Source: an uncultured Actinomycetes bacterium
GTDB lineage: Bacteria > Actinomycetota > Thermoleophilia > UBA2241
Direction of reading: 5' to 3'
Assembly (NCBI GenBank): GCA_963725665.1
Contig: CAVRZA010000011.1
Coordinates: 320,001-384,000, forward strand
DNA: 64,000 nucleotides
Part shown: positions 19,227-28,605 of the stretch, piece by piece
Layout: each line of letters opens with the position of its first letter
Numbering within the stretch: the first letter of the stretch is position 1
Notes under the pieces: generated by a model
The model's database searches: none
What the model was told of the DNA's origin: nothing
The model's input: only the letters and a program-made list of their open reading frames with translations
Position numbers and translations under genes: made by a program

Positions 19227-19869
19227 CCGTCCTCCCTTCGATTGTCTGCGCCCGCCCCGGCGCCACCACCAACTGCCGCGCTCTGAACTGCGCTCCTATC
19301 GCCCGTGCCAGCGCCTCGCAATCGGCCAGGTCGACCCCCGGCTGTTCGACGGCGGTCAGCGTCGTGGCCACGCCTTCTTCGACGCAGCGCTGAGCGAACT
19401 TGATCACCGCCCTGTGTGCTTTTGAGAACATCGGGCGGCAAAGCTCGTCGTACGTCGCCGGGTCCGCGGCGACGAGGCTCACCGTCGCCGCCTCGAGCCC
19501 GGCGGCGGCGAGCTCTGCCGCCACGTCGCGGTCGGGGTTCAGCAGATTCCCGTGTCCGTTGGTGACCAGGCGCGACGGGATGCGTCGCAGGCGCAGCCAC
19601 TCGGTCACCGCCAGCACATCGTCGAGGCGCATGGTCGGCTCGCCCAGACCGCAAAAGACCACTTCGTCGGCCGGCCCGTCGAGGAAGGCGAGCTCGATGG
19701 CTCGCTCGATCTCGTCGACATCGGGCTCGGCCCGCAGCGTGAGGTCGTACCCGAACACCTCGTGGGTGAACTCGGCCAGGCAGAACTCACAAGAACACGA
19801 GCACCGGTCGGTGATGTTCAGGTAGATGTTCTCTTTGCCGCGGTAGGCGATGGTGTCGGGACGGTCCAT
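19192..19869 (-). CDS. TatD-associated-type radical SAM protein
   Basis: IYLNITDRCSCSCEFC (CxxxCxxC), EVVFCGLGEPTMRL, TNGHGNL; ATG 19869. Confidence 0.82.
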   Translation of the reverse strand: MDRPDTIAYRGKENIYLNITDRCSCSCEFCLAEFTHEVFGYDLTLRAEPDVDEIERAIELAFLDGPADEVVFCGLGEPTMRLDDVLAVTEWLRLRRIPSRLVTNGHGNLLNPDRDVAAELAAAGLEAATVSLVAADPATYDELCRPMFSKAHRAVIKFAQRCVEEGVATTLTAVEQPGVDLADCEALARAIGAQFRARQLVVAPGRAQTIEGRTGGGIEGEDPGR

Positions 19870-19897
19870 AAGTGGCGGCGCTCGGAGGCGCGTGACG

Positions 19898-19915
19898 ATT
19901 ATAGCGCGGTAGAAT
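19898..19915. promoter_or_regulatory. Back-to-back divergent -10 elements
   Basis: TATAAT on minus (19898-19903) and TAGAAT on plus (19910-19915) in a GC-rich background. Confidence 0.55.
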
Positions 19916-19968
19916 GGATGACCCGCCACCCTCGTGTCACGGGCGACGCCGCCGAGAGGAAGCCGGCA

Positions 19969-20931
19969 ATGGACGATACCCGCGCCAAGCTCGTCGATCT
20001 GTGCGCCCGCCTGCGTGATGTGGTCGTGCCGTTCCTCGGCCTGCACGGGGCGCGCGAGCACGCCGGTGAAGCGGTCGGTGGCGACGTCACCTTCGACATC
20101 GACGAGCGGGCGGAGCGCTTCCTCGAGGCCTACATGGCCGAGCGCCTGCCCACGTGGGCCTACTATTCCGAGGACCGCGGGCTGCAGGGGGCGACTGAGC
20201 CGGAGCTCGTGCTCATCGTCGATCCCATCGACGGGACTCGCCCGGCCGCCGCCGGTCTGGAATCGGCGTGCGTGAGCGCCGCCGCCGTGCCTCCAGTCGA
20301 AGAGCCGACCATGGGCGACGTGATCGTCGGCGTGGTGCAAGAGATCAAATCGGGTGATCGTTTCACGGCCGAGCTTCGAGCGGGGTTCGAGATGCGGCGC
20401 GCCGACGGCTCTGCCATCCCCTTCCTGCCGACAGGGCGCACCGACATCGAGAGCCTGTTCTGGACGCTTGGCTTCCGCGGCCGCCCGGCACTCGTGCTCG
20501 CGGGGGTCCTCGAAGAGCTGATCGATACCTCGAGCGTGCGCGGCGCCCTGTTCGATCTGGGCTCGGCCACGTACTCGATCACGCGTGTGCTGACGGGGCA
20601 GGTCGATGCCTACGTCGACATCGGACCGGCGATCATCACCGCGCACCCCGAGACCGAGGCGGACTTCAGGCGTGTCGGCTGGGGCGCGGTGCTCAACAAC
20701 TCGCCCTACGACCTCGCTGCCGTCCATCTCATAGCCCGCGAGGCGGGGCTGCCCATTACCGACGCCGATGGGCAGCCCCTCGACGCCTGCCGCCTTCTGG
20801 GCTCCGACGCGAGCTACCAGATGGCCTCCATCGTCTCGGGGAACTCCGAGCTGCAAGCGCGGCTCGTCGAGGTCGTACAACGGGGGCTGCGCGACTACAG
20901 GCCGGGCCGGAGCGGGGAGTTCCCTCGTTGA
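19969..20931 (+). CDS. Inositol monophosphatase / FBPase (FIG) family protein
   Basis: GDVTFDIDERAE, YSED, LIVDPIDGT, YDLAA; GAGAGGA RBS before ATG 19969. Confidence 0.85.
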   Translation: MDDTRAKLVDLCARLRDVVVPFLGLHGAREHAGEAVGGDVTFDIDERAERFLEAYMAERLPTWAYYSEDRGLQGATEPELVLIVDPIDGTRPAAAGLESACVSAAAVPPVEEPTMGDVIVGVVQEIKSGDRFTAELRAGFEMRRADGSAIPFLPTGRTDIESLFWTLGFRGRPALVLAGVLEELIDTSSVRGALFDLGSATYSITRVLTGQVDAYVDIGPAIITAHPETEADFRRVGWGAVLNNSPYDLAAVHLIAREAGLPITDADGQPLDACRLLGSDASYQMASIVSGNSELQARLVEVVQRGLRDYRPGRSGEFPR

Positions 20932-21006
20932 CGGCGTGGGCGCGGCCGGTGGCCGAGGGGCGCGAGAAGCGGCGATGAGGAGACGTGCGGCGATGCGGAG
21001 AGCGGG

Positions 21007-22053
21007 GTGAGCGCGGTGCACGAAGCCATCCTCTACGACAGGCGAGACGACGGCTCAGTCGACTGCCGGGTCTGCCCCAACCGCTGTCACATCGCCATGG
21101 GGCGCTCGGGCACGTGCCGGGCGCGGGTGAACCGTGACGGGGTACTCGATGCCATCATCTACGGGCGCACCTGCTCGGTGGCCGCCGACCCGATCGAGAA
21201 GAAGCCCCTCTTCCACTTCTTCCCCGGCAGCACCGTGCTGTCGCTGGGCACGTTCGGCTGCAACTTCGGCTGCCGCCATTGCCAGAACTGGCAGATCTCG
21301 CAGGCCGATGCCACCTCCCACTTGAGGGATCTGCGTGAGCTGCCGGTGACCAACCTGCCCGTGTTGGCGGAGCACAACGGTTGTGCCGGCGTCGCCTGGA
21401 CCTACAACGAGCCCACCATCTGGATCGAGTACGTCCTCGACGGCGCCCAGGTCGCGCACGACAACGGCCTGTACACCGTGATGGTGACCAACGGGTACAT
21501 CACGGAGGAGGCACTCGACGTGCTCGCGCCGCACATCGATGCCTACCGTGTCGACGTGAAGGGGTTCAGCAACGAGCTCTATCGCGAGCTTTGCCGCATC
21601 AAGGACTTCCACCCCGTCTTGGCTGCGGCGGCCCGCGCCAAACGTGAGCACGACTGTCATGTCGAGATCGTCACCAACGTCATCCCGACGCTCAACGACG
21701 ACGAGCCGACGCTGCGGGCGATCGCCGAGTGGGTGGTCGCCGAGCTCGGGCCGAAGACGCCCTGGCACGTCACACGCTTCATGCCTTACCTGGATCTCTC
21801 GCACCTGCCGGCGACGCCGATCAGGACGCTCGAGCGCGCCAAGGCGATCGGTGAGGAGGCCGGTCTCGAGTTCGTCTACCTTGGCAACGTCCCCGGCCAC
21901 GGCGCCGAGAACACGATCTGCCCGAACTGTCACCGCCTCGTCGCGCGGCGCACGGGGTATGAGGTCGAGGACCTTGCCTTGCGCGGCAGCCACTGTGCGC
22001 TGTGCGGCGAAGAGCTCAACGTCCGCTGGACGGTCAAACCATCGCCGAGCTGA
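21007..22053 (+). CDS. amrS: AmmeMemoRadiSam system radical SAM enzyme
   Basis: CRVCPNRC, DPIEKKPLFHFFPG, GCNFGCRHCQNWQISQ, WTYNEP, FVYLGNV, CPNC. Confidence 0.92.
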   Translation: MSAVHEAILYDRRDDGSVDCRVCPNRCHIAMGRSGTCRARVNRDGVLDAIIYGRTCSVAADPIEKKPLFHFFPGSTVLSLGTFGCNFGCRHCQNWQISQADATSHLRDLRELPVTNLPVLAEHNGCAGVAWTYNEPTIWIEYVLDGAQVAHDNGLYTVMVTNGYITEEALDVLAPHIDAYRVDVKGFSNELYRELCRIKDFHPVLAAAARAKREHDCHVEIVTNVIPTLNDDEPTLRAIAEWVVAELGPKTPWHVTRFMPYLDLSHLPATPIRTLERAKAIGEEAGLEFVYLGNVPGHGAENTICPNCHRLVARRTGYEVEDLALRGSHCALCGEELNVRWTVKPSPS

Positions 22054-22143
22054 CGGGGCGGCGAGCGCCTTCGTCTCCCTCCCCGGCCTCTGCTGGTATC
22101 GATCGTCGCGCTGTGGGAAGAGTATCGGATAGGATGCTGCCTC

Positions 22144-22569
22144 GTGGATGAACTCGTGACATTGGAGATGCCCGCCAAAGCCGAGTATGTCGTGCTCGGA
22201 CGGCTCGCCTTGTCGGGCATGCTGCTCCAGGGTGAGTTCAGCAGCGATGCGGTGGCCGACCTCAAGCTCGCGCTCACCGAGGCTTGCTCGAACTCGATCC
22301 GGCACGCCTACGGCGACGGAGAAGGACAGATCCGTCTGGGCTTCAAGGTCGCCGACCGCTGTCTGGTCCTCACCGTGCGCGACGAGGGCGCCGGCTTCGA
22401 CGACAGCGAGGGGGCGGCGACGACTTACGTGCCGGGGATGGACGAGGCGAGCCTCTCCGAGGGCGGCATGGGCTTCTCGATCATCCGGGCCGTCGTCGAC
22501 GATTTCGCCCTCGAGCGCCTCAGCGAGGGCGGCACCCTTCTCACGCTCACCAAGCGCTTCGACCTCTAG
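22144..22569 (+). CDS. rsbW: Anti-sigma factor / Ser kinase, RsbW-like
   Basis: PAKAEYV, DLKLALTEACSNSIRHAY, RDEGAGF, LSEGGMG. Confidence 0.85.
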   Translation: MDELVTLEMPAKAEYVVLGRLALSGMLLQGEFSSDAVADLKLALTEACSNSIRHAYGDGEGQIRLGFKVADRCLVLTVRDEGAGFDDSEGAATTYVPGMDEASLSEGGMGFSIIRAVVDDFALERLSEGGTLLTLTKRFDL

Positions 22570-22581
22570 TCACCTCTCGGC

Positions 22582-23299
22582 GTGACCCTCGACGCGGTCG
22601 CCCCCACCTTCGGCCTCGAGTCCGAGACCGTACGCGCTCTGGCTCGCTTCGCCGATCTTCTCCGGGGGTACGAGGGCGCCAACGTCACCGGCGCCCGGCG
22701 GCGCGAGGAGATCGTCGGCGCGGCTCGTAGGCGACTCGTTGGCGCTGCTCGACGTCGACGAGCTCGCGCCGGCCGCCGCCGGTGCCGGCCGTTTCGCCGA
22801 CCTGGGGGCCGGCGCCGGGGTCCCCGGCATCCCGCTCGCTCTCGCTGCGCCGTGGCTGTCACTGACTCTGATCGAATCGGTGGGCAAGAAGTGCCGCTTC
22901 CTCGAGCACGCCGTGGCGGTCTGCGACGTGAGCACGCGCGTGAGCGTCGCTTGTGAACGCAGCGAACGCCTCGCGGCCCTCGGTGCGGAGGGCCGCGAGG
23001 CGTTCGCCGGCGTGCTTGCCAAGGCGGTCGGGCCTCTGGCCACCGTCGTCGAGCTCGGCGCGCCCCTGTTGAGAGCGGGTGGGGTGCTTCTGGCGAGCAA
23101 GACGGGGCGAGCGCTCGAAGGGGAGCTGCCGCAGGGCGAGGTCGCAGGCACGGCCTGCGGCCTCGCCCTGCGGCGCGTCGCCCCCCTGCCGCGCTCGCCC
23201 CTCGACGACTCGGTGTGCGTCGTGTTCGAGAAGACGGGGCCGACTCCCGACTGGCTGCCGCGGCGCGAGGGCTTGGCGCGCTCGCGCCCGCTGGGCTAG
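22582..23299 (+). pseudogene. rsmG: 16S rRNA m7G527 methyltransferase, split by a +1 frameshift near 22717 (pseudogene or assembly error)
   Basis: Frame 1 reads ...ANVTGARRREEIV; frame 2 reads ARLVGDSLALL...DLGAGAGVPGIPLA...IESVGKK...PRREG; directly upstream of parA. Confidence 0.85.
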
Positions 23300-23429
23300 C
23301 TGAGACCCGGCGGGGGCCGCTCGGGGGAACGGCGGCACAGGGTGCGACGGCGTGACAGAGGGCCTTGGGCCGCGGTGGCTGGGCTAGCGCGACCCTGAGC
23401 GGTATCATCGCGCCCATGAGGGAGCCAGC

Positions 23430-24191
23430 GTGACGAGGGTCATCGCCGTCGCGAACCAGAAGGGCGGTGTCGGCAAGACGACGACGGCGGTGAACGTCGC
23501 CGCCTGTCTCGCTGAGGCGGGCGCCCCCGTCATCCTCATCGATCTGGACCCCCAGGCGAACGCGACGAGCGGGCTGGGCGTCACGGCACCGTCGGCCGAG
23601 CGCTCCACCTACGGACTCCTCGCCGGCTCGGCAAGCCTCGACGAGGTCGCCGTGCAGAGCCTTATCCCGGCTCTGCGCGTGGTGCCGTCGTGTGCCGACC
23701 TCGCCGGCGCCGTCGTCGAGCTGGCTGCGGCCGACGACAAGGAGTACGCGCTGCGCGACGCGCTGCACGATCGGGTCGGCGCCTACGACTACGTCTTCAT
23801 CGACTGCCCGCCCTCACTCGGCCTGTTGACGGTGAACGCCTTGGCCGCCGCGGGAGAGGTGCTCGTGCCGGTCCAGGCGGAGTACTACGCGCTCGAAGGC
23901 TTGGCCCAGCTCCTCGACACCATCGCCCTGGTGCGCGAGCGGCTGAACCCCGCGCTCGAGGTACTCGGCATCCTAGTGACGATGCTCGACGGGCGCACCA
24001 GACTGGGCAGGGAGGTGACCGTCGAGGTGCGCGCACACCTCGCCGAGAAGGTCTTCGACACGGTGGTGCCGCGCAACGTCCGCCTCGGCGAGGCGCCCAG
24101 CCACGGCGTCCCCATCTCGCGCTACGATCCCCGCTGCGCCGGCTGCGACGCCTACTTCGACCTCGCCCAGGAGGTGGTGGGCCGTGGGTAG
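23430..24191 (+). CDS. parA: Chromosome partitioning ATPase ParA/Soj
   Basis: ANQKGGVGKTTT, DLDPQANATSGLG, DCPPSLGLLT, QAEYYALEGL, PRNVRLGEAPSHG. Confidence 0.96.
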   Translation: MTRVIAVANQKGGVGKTTTAVNVAACLAEAGAPVILIDLDPQANATSGLGVTAPSAERSTYGLLAGSASLDEVAVQSLIPALRVVPSCADLAGAVVELAAADDKEYALRDALHDRVGAYDYVFIDCPPSLGLLTVNALAAAGEVLVPVQAEYYALEGLAQLLDTIALVRERLNPALEVLGILVTMLDGRTRLGREVTVEVRAHLAEKVFDTVVPRNVRLGEAPSHGVPISRYDPRCAGCDAYFDLAQEVVGRG

Positions 24192-25110
24192 CGGCGACGA
24201 GCAGGGCTCCGGCCGGGCGCGCCCGGCGTCGGGGAGCAGGGCGCTCGGGCGCGGGCTCTCCGCACTCATCGGAGAGCGACTCGACGAGAGCCGGCTGCGC
24301 GAGGAGGGTCATCTGCGCGAGCTCCCGCTCGAGCAGATCGACGTCTCGCGGCGGCAGCCGCGGCGGGCCTTCGACGAGGAGGAGCTGCGCGACTTGGCGG
24401 AGTCGGTCCGCAACCTGGGGGTCGTGCAGCCGGTGCTCGTGCGACCGGGCGGCTCGCCGGGACGGTACGAGCTGGTGGCGGGCGAGCGGCGCCTGCGCGC
24501 CGCTCGCCTCGCCGGCCTGAGCACGGTGCCGGCGGTGATCCGCCCGGTCGACGAGGCCGCCTCGCTCGAGATCGCCCTAGCCGAGAACGTCGCCCGCCAG
24601 GACCTCAACCCCATCGAGGAGGCCAATGCCTACGCGGTGCTAAGCGATGAGTTCGGCCTCACGCAGGAGCGCATCGCGGAGCTGGTGGGCAAGAGCCGGG
24701 TGGCGGTGACGAACCTGCTGCGGCTGCTCGAGCTGCCCGACGACGTACAGGCTCTCGTCGAGGAGGGCAGCCTGAGCGAGGGTCACGCACGGGCGCTGCT
24801 CGGCGGGGTCGGCCATGCCGAGCAGCGCCGCCTGGCGCGCGTCGTCGTGCGCGAGGGACTCACCGTGCGCCAGACGGAGGCTTTGGTGCGCAAGCTGGCC
24901 GCGGCGCCGCAGGCGCCGGCCGTGGCCGCCTCGGCCAGCTTCGACGACCCCTACGGCGACATCACCGACGAGCTCTACGGCCTCCTGTCCGCCCCCGTGC
25001 GCATCAAGACGGGCAAGCGCGGGGGGCGGGTCGAGATCCACTTCAAGGACCGGCGCGAGCTGGAACGGCTGATCGAGCTGCTGCGGGGACTGACCGAGAG
25101 GCAGGCCTGA
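24184..25110 (+). CDS. parB: ParB/Spo0J partition protein
   Basis: LGRGLSALI, QPRRAF, VAGERRLRA, ENVARQDLNPIEEA, HTH with KSRVAVTNLLRLL. Confidence 0.96.
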   Translation: MGSGDEQGSGRARPASGSRALGRGLSALIGERLDESRLREEGHLRELPLEQIDVSRRQPRRAFDEEELRDLAESVRNLGVVQPVLVRPGGSPGRYELVAGERRLRAARLAGLSTVPAVIRPVDEAASLEIALAENVARQDLNPIEEANAYAVLSDEFGLTQERIAELVGKSRVAVTNLLRLLELPDDVQALVEEGSLSEGHARALLGGVGHAEQRRLARVVVREGLTVRQTEALVRKLAAAPQAPAVAASASFDDPYGDITDELYGLLSAPVRIKTGKRGGRVEIHFKDRRELERLIELLRGLTERQA

Positions 25111-25134
25111 CGGCTCGAGGCCAGTCGATCGGGG

Positions 25135-25161
25135 GCATCGCGGCGCTTGACGCTGCGATGC
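25135..25161. terminator. Hairpin between convergent parB and the B12 operon
   Basis: GCATCGCGGCG-cttga-CGCTGCGATGC. Confidence 0.5.
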
Positions 25162-25195
25162 GGTTGGTCGAGGGGGCGTCCCTCGCGGGCCGGCG

Positions 25196-25750
25196 CTAGG
25201 GCGTTGCGGTCGGCGTCGGTGTCACGGCGCCGGGGAGGGTGCCCGGCACCGTGCCGGGATTCACCGTTGCGCCTGGTGTCGGGGTCACCCCCGTAACGGG
25301 CGGGGTCGTGGTCCCCGTCGTGGGCACCGAGCCGGTGGGCGCCGTGGCGCCGGTCGGGACGTACACCGTGGTGCCGTCGGCGAGCTGGTAGAACTGGCCG
25401 ATGAGTGTGCCGACGCCGCTGACCTGCTGGCCTGGCTGCAGGTTGAGCTGCATGACCGAATCGCCCTTTTTGACGATCACCTGCATGTCGCTCTGGCCCG
25501 GGTTCTTGACGATCGTCATGTCCTTGCTCGAGAGCACGTCGGTGAGGCCGACGCCGGCCAGGGCGGCGAGAAGGAAGGCCACGGAGAGGATGATGGCTAC
25601 GTCGAAGAGGTTGACCACGCCGTCGAGGGGGTCGCCGTTCTTGTCGGTCTTGCTCACGCGGCGCCGACCCATGTAGCGCAGGCCGCGCCCGGGCTCCTCG
25701 AGAACGGACGGCGGGTAGGACACGACGTTCTCCTGCACGTTTGGGCTCAC
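25196..25750 (-). CDS. DUF2149-family single-TM protein (ExbD/MotB analogue) with Pro/Thr tail
   Basis: DPLDGVVNLFDVAIILSVAFLLA, IVKNPG, G-x-x-YQLADGTTVYVP; GTGA overlap with the upstream gene. Confidence 0.8.
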   Translation of the reverse strand: MSPNVQENVVSYPPSVLEEPGRGLRYMGRRRVSKTDKNGDPLDGVVNLFDVAIILSVAFLLAALAGVGLTDVLSSKDMTIVKNPGQSDMQVIVKKGDSVMQLNLQPGQQVSGVGTLIGQFYQLADGTTVYVPTGATAPTGSVPTTGTTTPPVTGVTPTPGATVNPGTVPGTLPGAVTPTPTATP

Positions 25751-26766
25751 GCCTCGTCGCCTCCCTCGCTCGAGCCGGCGCGAGGCGCGGAGGCCTTCTC
25801 GCCGGGGGAGACGATCTCGAGGGCCTCCGTCTCGGCGCCGACGAGGGCATCTTCGTTCGCGTCGAGCGGCGTCACGGCCGATCCCAGCCCGGGATCCGGC
25901 GTCGCCTCCTCGAGATCGCGGCCGCCGATGACGTCGGCCTGCTCGACGTGCACCATCCGCCGCTCGGCCTCGGCGGCCGCGTCGGGCAGCAGGCCGCCGA
26001 CGTCGGCGACGAGGATATCCTGTTGGGCGGCGATGCCTTCTTCGGCGATCGCCGCCTCGAGCTCCTCGTCCTCGGGCGACTTCGCCTTGCCACCGGCACG
26101 TGCGCCGCCGCCGCTGCGGAGCCGCTGGCCGCTGCCCTCCAACAGCTCGAGCAGGTACTCGAGGTCTGAGATGTCCTGCGAGTAGAGGCGGTCGCGCAGG
26201 ATGCTGATGGTGAAGGCGAGGCCTCCGATGAGGAGGCCGATGACGGTGACAGAGAAGGCGATCTCGAGCTGGTTGGCAAGCGTCGCCGTGTCGTTGTTGG
26301 CCAGCGCCTCGAGTGCCGGCGCCAGCGGGATCAGGGTGCCCATCAGCCCGAGCATGGGGCCGACGCGCACCAGTATGCGCGTCTTCTCGAGCCGCTTGAT
26401 GGTGTAGAACTCGTACTCCTGCAGCAGCTTGAGCGGCTTCTCGGCGAGGCGTTGCCCCTGGTAGTTGCGGATCAGGTCGAAGAGAAAGCGCACCACCACC
26501 ATCGAGTAGTTGTTCTCCTGCAGATAGCGGTACGCCTTGCGCGGCTGTCCATTGCCGAAGGCCTCGCGCGCGCGCAGGGTGCGGATCTCGAGGGCGTCGA
26601 GGTCGCGGTAGCGCACGCGCAGGTAGACCTCGTAGAAGAAGTAACCGAGCTCGACCAGGACCCAGATCAGGCAGACGATGGCCGCGATCAGCACCGGATA
26701 GAGCAGGAGCTTCGCGATGGTGAAGATGACCTGCTCTATGTCGTGCGCGAGCCCGGAGGTGTCCAT
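25747..26766 (-). CDS. MotA/TolQ/ExbB proton channel family protein
   Basis: RVGPMLGLMGTLIPL...IAFSVTVIGLLIG; acidic C-terminal tail. Confidence 0.85.
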   Translation of the reverse strand: MDTSGLAHDIEQVIFTIAKLLLYPVLIAAIVCLIWVLVELGYFFYEVYLRVRYRDLDALEIRTLRAREAFGNGQPRKAYRYLQENNYSMVVVRFLFDLIRNYQGQRLAEKPLKLLQEYEFYTIKRLEKTRILVRVGPMLGLMGTLIPLAPALEALANNDTATLANQLEIAFSVTVIGLLIGGLAFTISILRDRLYSQDISDLEYLLELLEGSGQRLRSGGGARAGGKAKSPEDEELEAAIAEEGIAAQQDILVADVGGLLPDAAAEAERRMVHVEQADVIGGRDLEEATPDPGLGSAVTPLDANEDALVGAETEALEIVSPGEKASAPRAGSSEGGDEA

Positions 26767-26779
26767 CCGCGCGGGGCTC

Positions 26780-28605
26780 CTACCGTTTGAGAGTCAGGGC
26801 GCTGGAGATGCCGAAGACACGCGCCTTGAACTGCTCCCACGGCGTGCCGCCGCCGAGGAGGGCGCGGCCGTTGCCGGCGCCCTCGAGGGCGGCCGCCTGA
26901 CGGCGGTGTGCGACGTACGAGACCAGCGCGCCGAGCGGCAGCAGGGCGACGAGCCCGAGGCCGATCCAGCCGGCTGTGCCGGACCCTCCTCCTTGGCCGT
27001 TGGCCGCTGCCTGCCCCGTCACGCTCGCCGAGGGCGAGGGCTGGGCGCCGGCGGTGAGGGGTGCGCCCGGCGATGCGCTCGGCGAGGGGCTGAGGGGAGT
27101 GCCGGTTACGGTGCCGGGCACGTAGGTTCCGGTGGTGGCGGTGGCGGTCGGAGTCGGCGTCAGAACGCCGGGCGTCGTCGGCGTGGAACCGGTGCCGGTC
27201 CCGCCTGAGCTGCTCGGCGGGCGATAGGTCGGAGTCGACGGTGAGGTCGGCGTCGTGCTTGGAGTCGAAGGCGCCGGCGCGGGCACGTTGACGGTGAACG
27301 AGCGCGTGCGCGAGAGGCTGTTGCCGGCCCGATCGGCGATGCGGATGATGACGGTGTGGGAGCCGTTCTTGAGCCCCGTGAGCCTGAGGGCGAGCGAGCT
27401 CGTCTTGATGGTAGCGGCCTTCGTCTTGTTGACGCCGTCGACGGTGACGCGCACGGCGCTCACCTTGATCCCCGTGCCTCCGACGTTGTCGCCGTAGGTC
27501 GCCTTGACGTCGACGGTGCTGGTCTTGAACGTCGGGTGGCCGCTGGGCGAGATGGAGTCGAAGTGCGGCCTGAAGGCTCTGTTCGTCGGGTTGTTGGAGA
27601 GGCCGAAGGGGAAGGGCTTCTGGGCCAGGGCGATCACGGCTTGCGTCGTCGTCATCAGGGGGTTCGAGATCGCACCCACGCGGTGCGCGAAGAGCCCGGA
27701 AGGCTGCTGCAGGCGGCGCAGGAAGCTGAGTGGGGTGTTGCTGCCCTTGTTCCACGACGACGGCGACTGGCCGCAGGCGACGATGGCCTGGGTGGCCCAG
27801 GCCGTCGACTCGGCGTAGCTGCGCCCGTCGGTCGGCATCGACGGGAAGCCGCCGTCACCGCGCTGTGCCGACTTGAGGTAGGCGAGGGCGTCGACGATCA
27901 CGGGGTTCGACGCGCCCATGCCGGCGCGATTGGAGAACGACGCCCGCAGGGCCATGACGGCCGCCGCCGTGTCGTCGACGTCGCTGGCCGAGCTCGGCTG
28001 GCTGCCGAAGCCTCCGTTGCCGTTCTGTTGCGCGACGAGCCAGGTGATGGCGCCGTTGAGGCCGCCATCGGTCTCACCGGCCGCCTTCAGGGCGAGGATT
28101 GCCCAGATCGTGGTGTTCACGGTCGCGTACGGGTTGGTCGCAGTCGAGCCTGAGGGAGAGAAAGCTCCGGTCGTCGTATTCTGGTAAGAGTGCAGCTTGG
28201 CGACCAAGTCGATGCCCTTGGTACCCGCAGACCAGATGAGGTCGACTCTCCCGGCTGCGATGTACGCGAGCATGACCTTCGCATAGAAAGCGGGTCGGTT
28301 GACCAGGCTCGAAGAGCTGCCCGCGGCGGCCTCGAGATCGAGGCCCTGGAGGTAGTCGATGGGGTCCTTGCCGCCCTGGTTCCACGCGACTTCTGCGGAC
28401 TCTCGCCGGCTGCCGAGATGGCCATGATCGCCCAAGGCGTGATCTGCACGTCGGCGGTCGAGCCCGTGCCGAAGCCGCCCGACGAGAACTGCTTGGCGTG
28501 GAGGTAGTCGAGCGCGCGTGTCTGCGGGCTGGCCTGTGCGCCAGCGGGGAAGACGGCAAAGACAACGAAGGCCAGCAGTAGCGCCGGCCATACTCTCCTG
28601 GTCAC
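26780..28605 (-). CDS. Cell-surface prenyltransferase/squalene-cyclase-repeat (alpha/alpha barrel) protein with Ig-like domain, Pro/Thr stalk and C-terminal TM; frameshift near 28387
   Basis: Signal peptide and ALDYLHAKQFSSGGF in ORF 28117..28605. The protein continues in the other frame with WLVAQQNGNGGFG, DVDDTAAAVMAL, YLKSAQRGDGGF, FLRRLQQPSGLF, and ends WIGLGLVALLPLGALVSYVAHRR. Confidence 0.8.

Noticed and set aside
19870-21021. N-terminal extension making a 609-aa radical SAM ORF
   Set aside because: It is the antisense of the IMPase gene; the real protein starts at 19869.
27000-27290. Tandem-repeat or CRISPR-like periodicity
   Set aside because: It reflects Pro/Thr/Ser codons of a protein stalk; no constant repeat-spacer structure was seen anywhere in the window.
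26780-28605. Squalene-hopene/terpene cyclase function
   Set aside because: Although a DVDD motif is present, the signal peptide, stalk, TM anchor, single barrel and B12 operon context argue for a surface binding protein.
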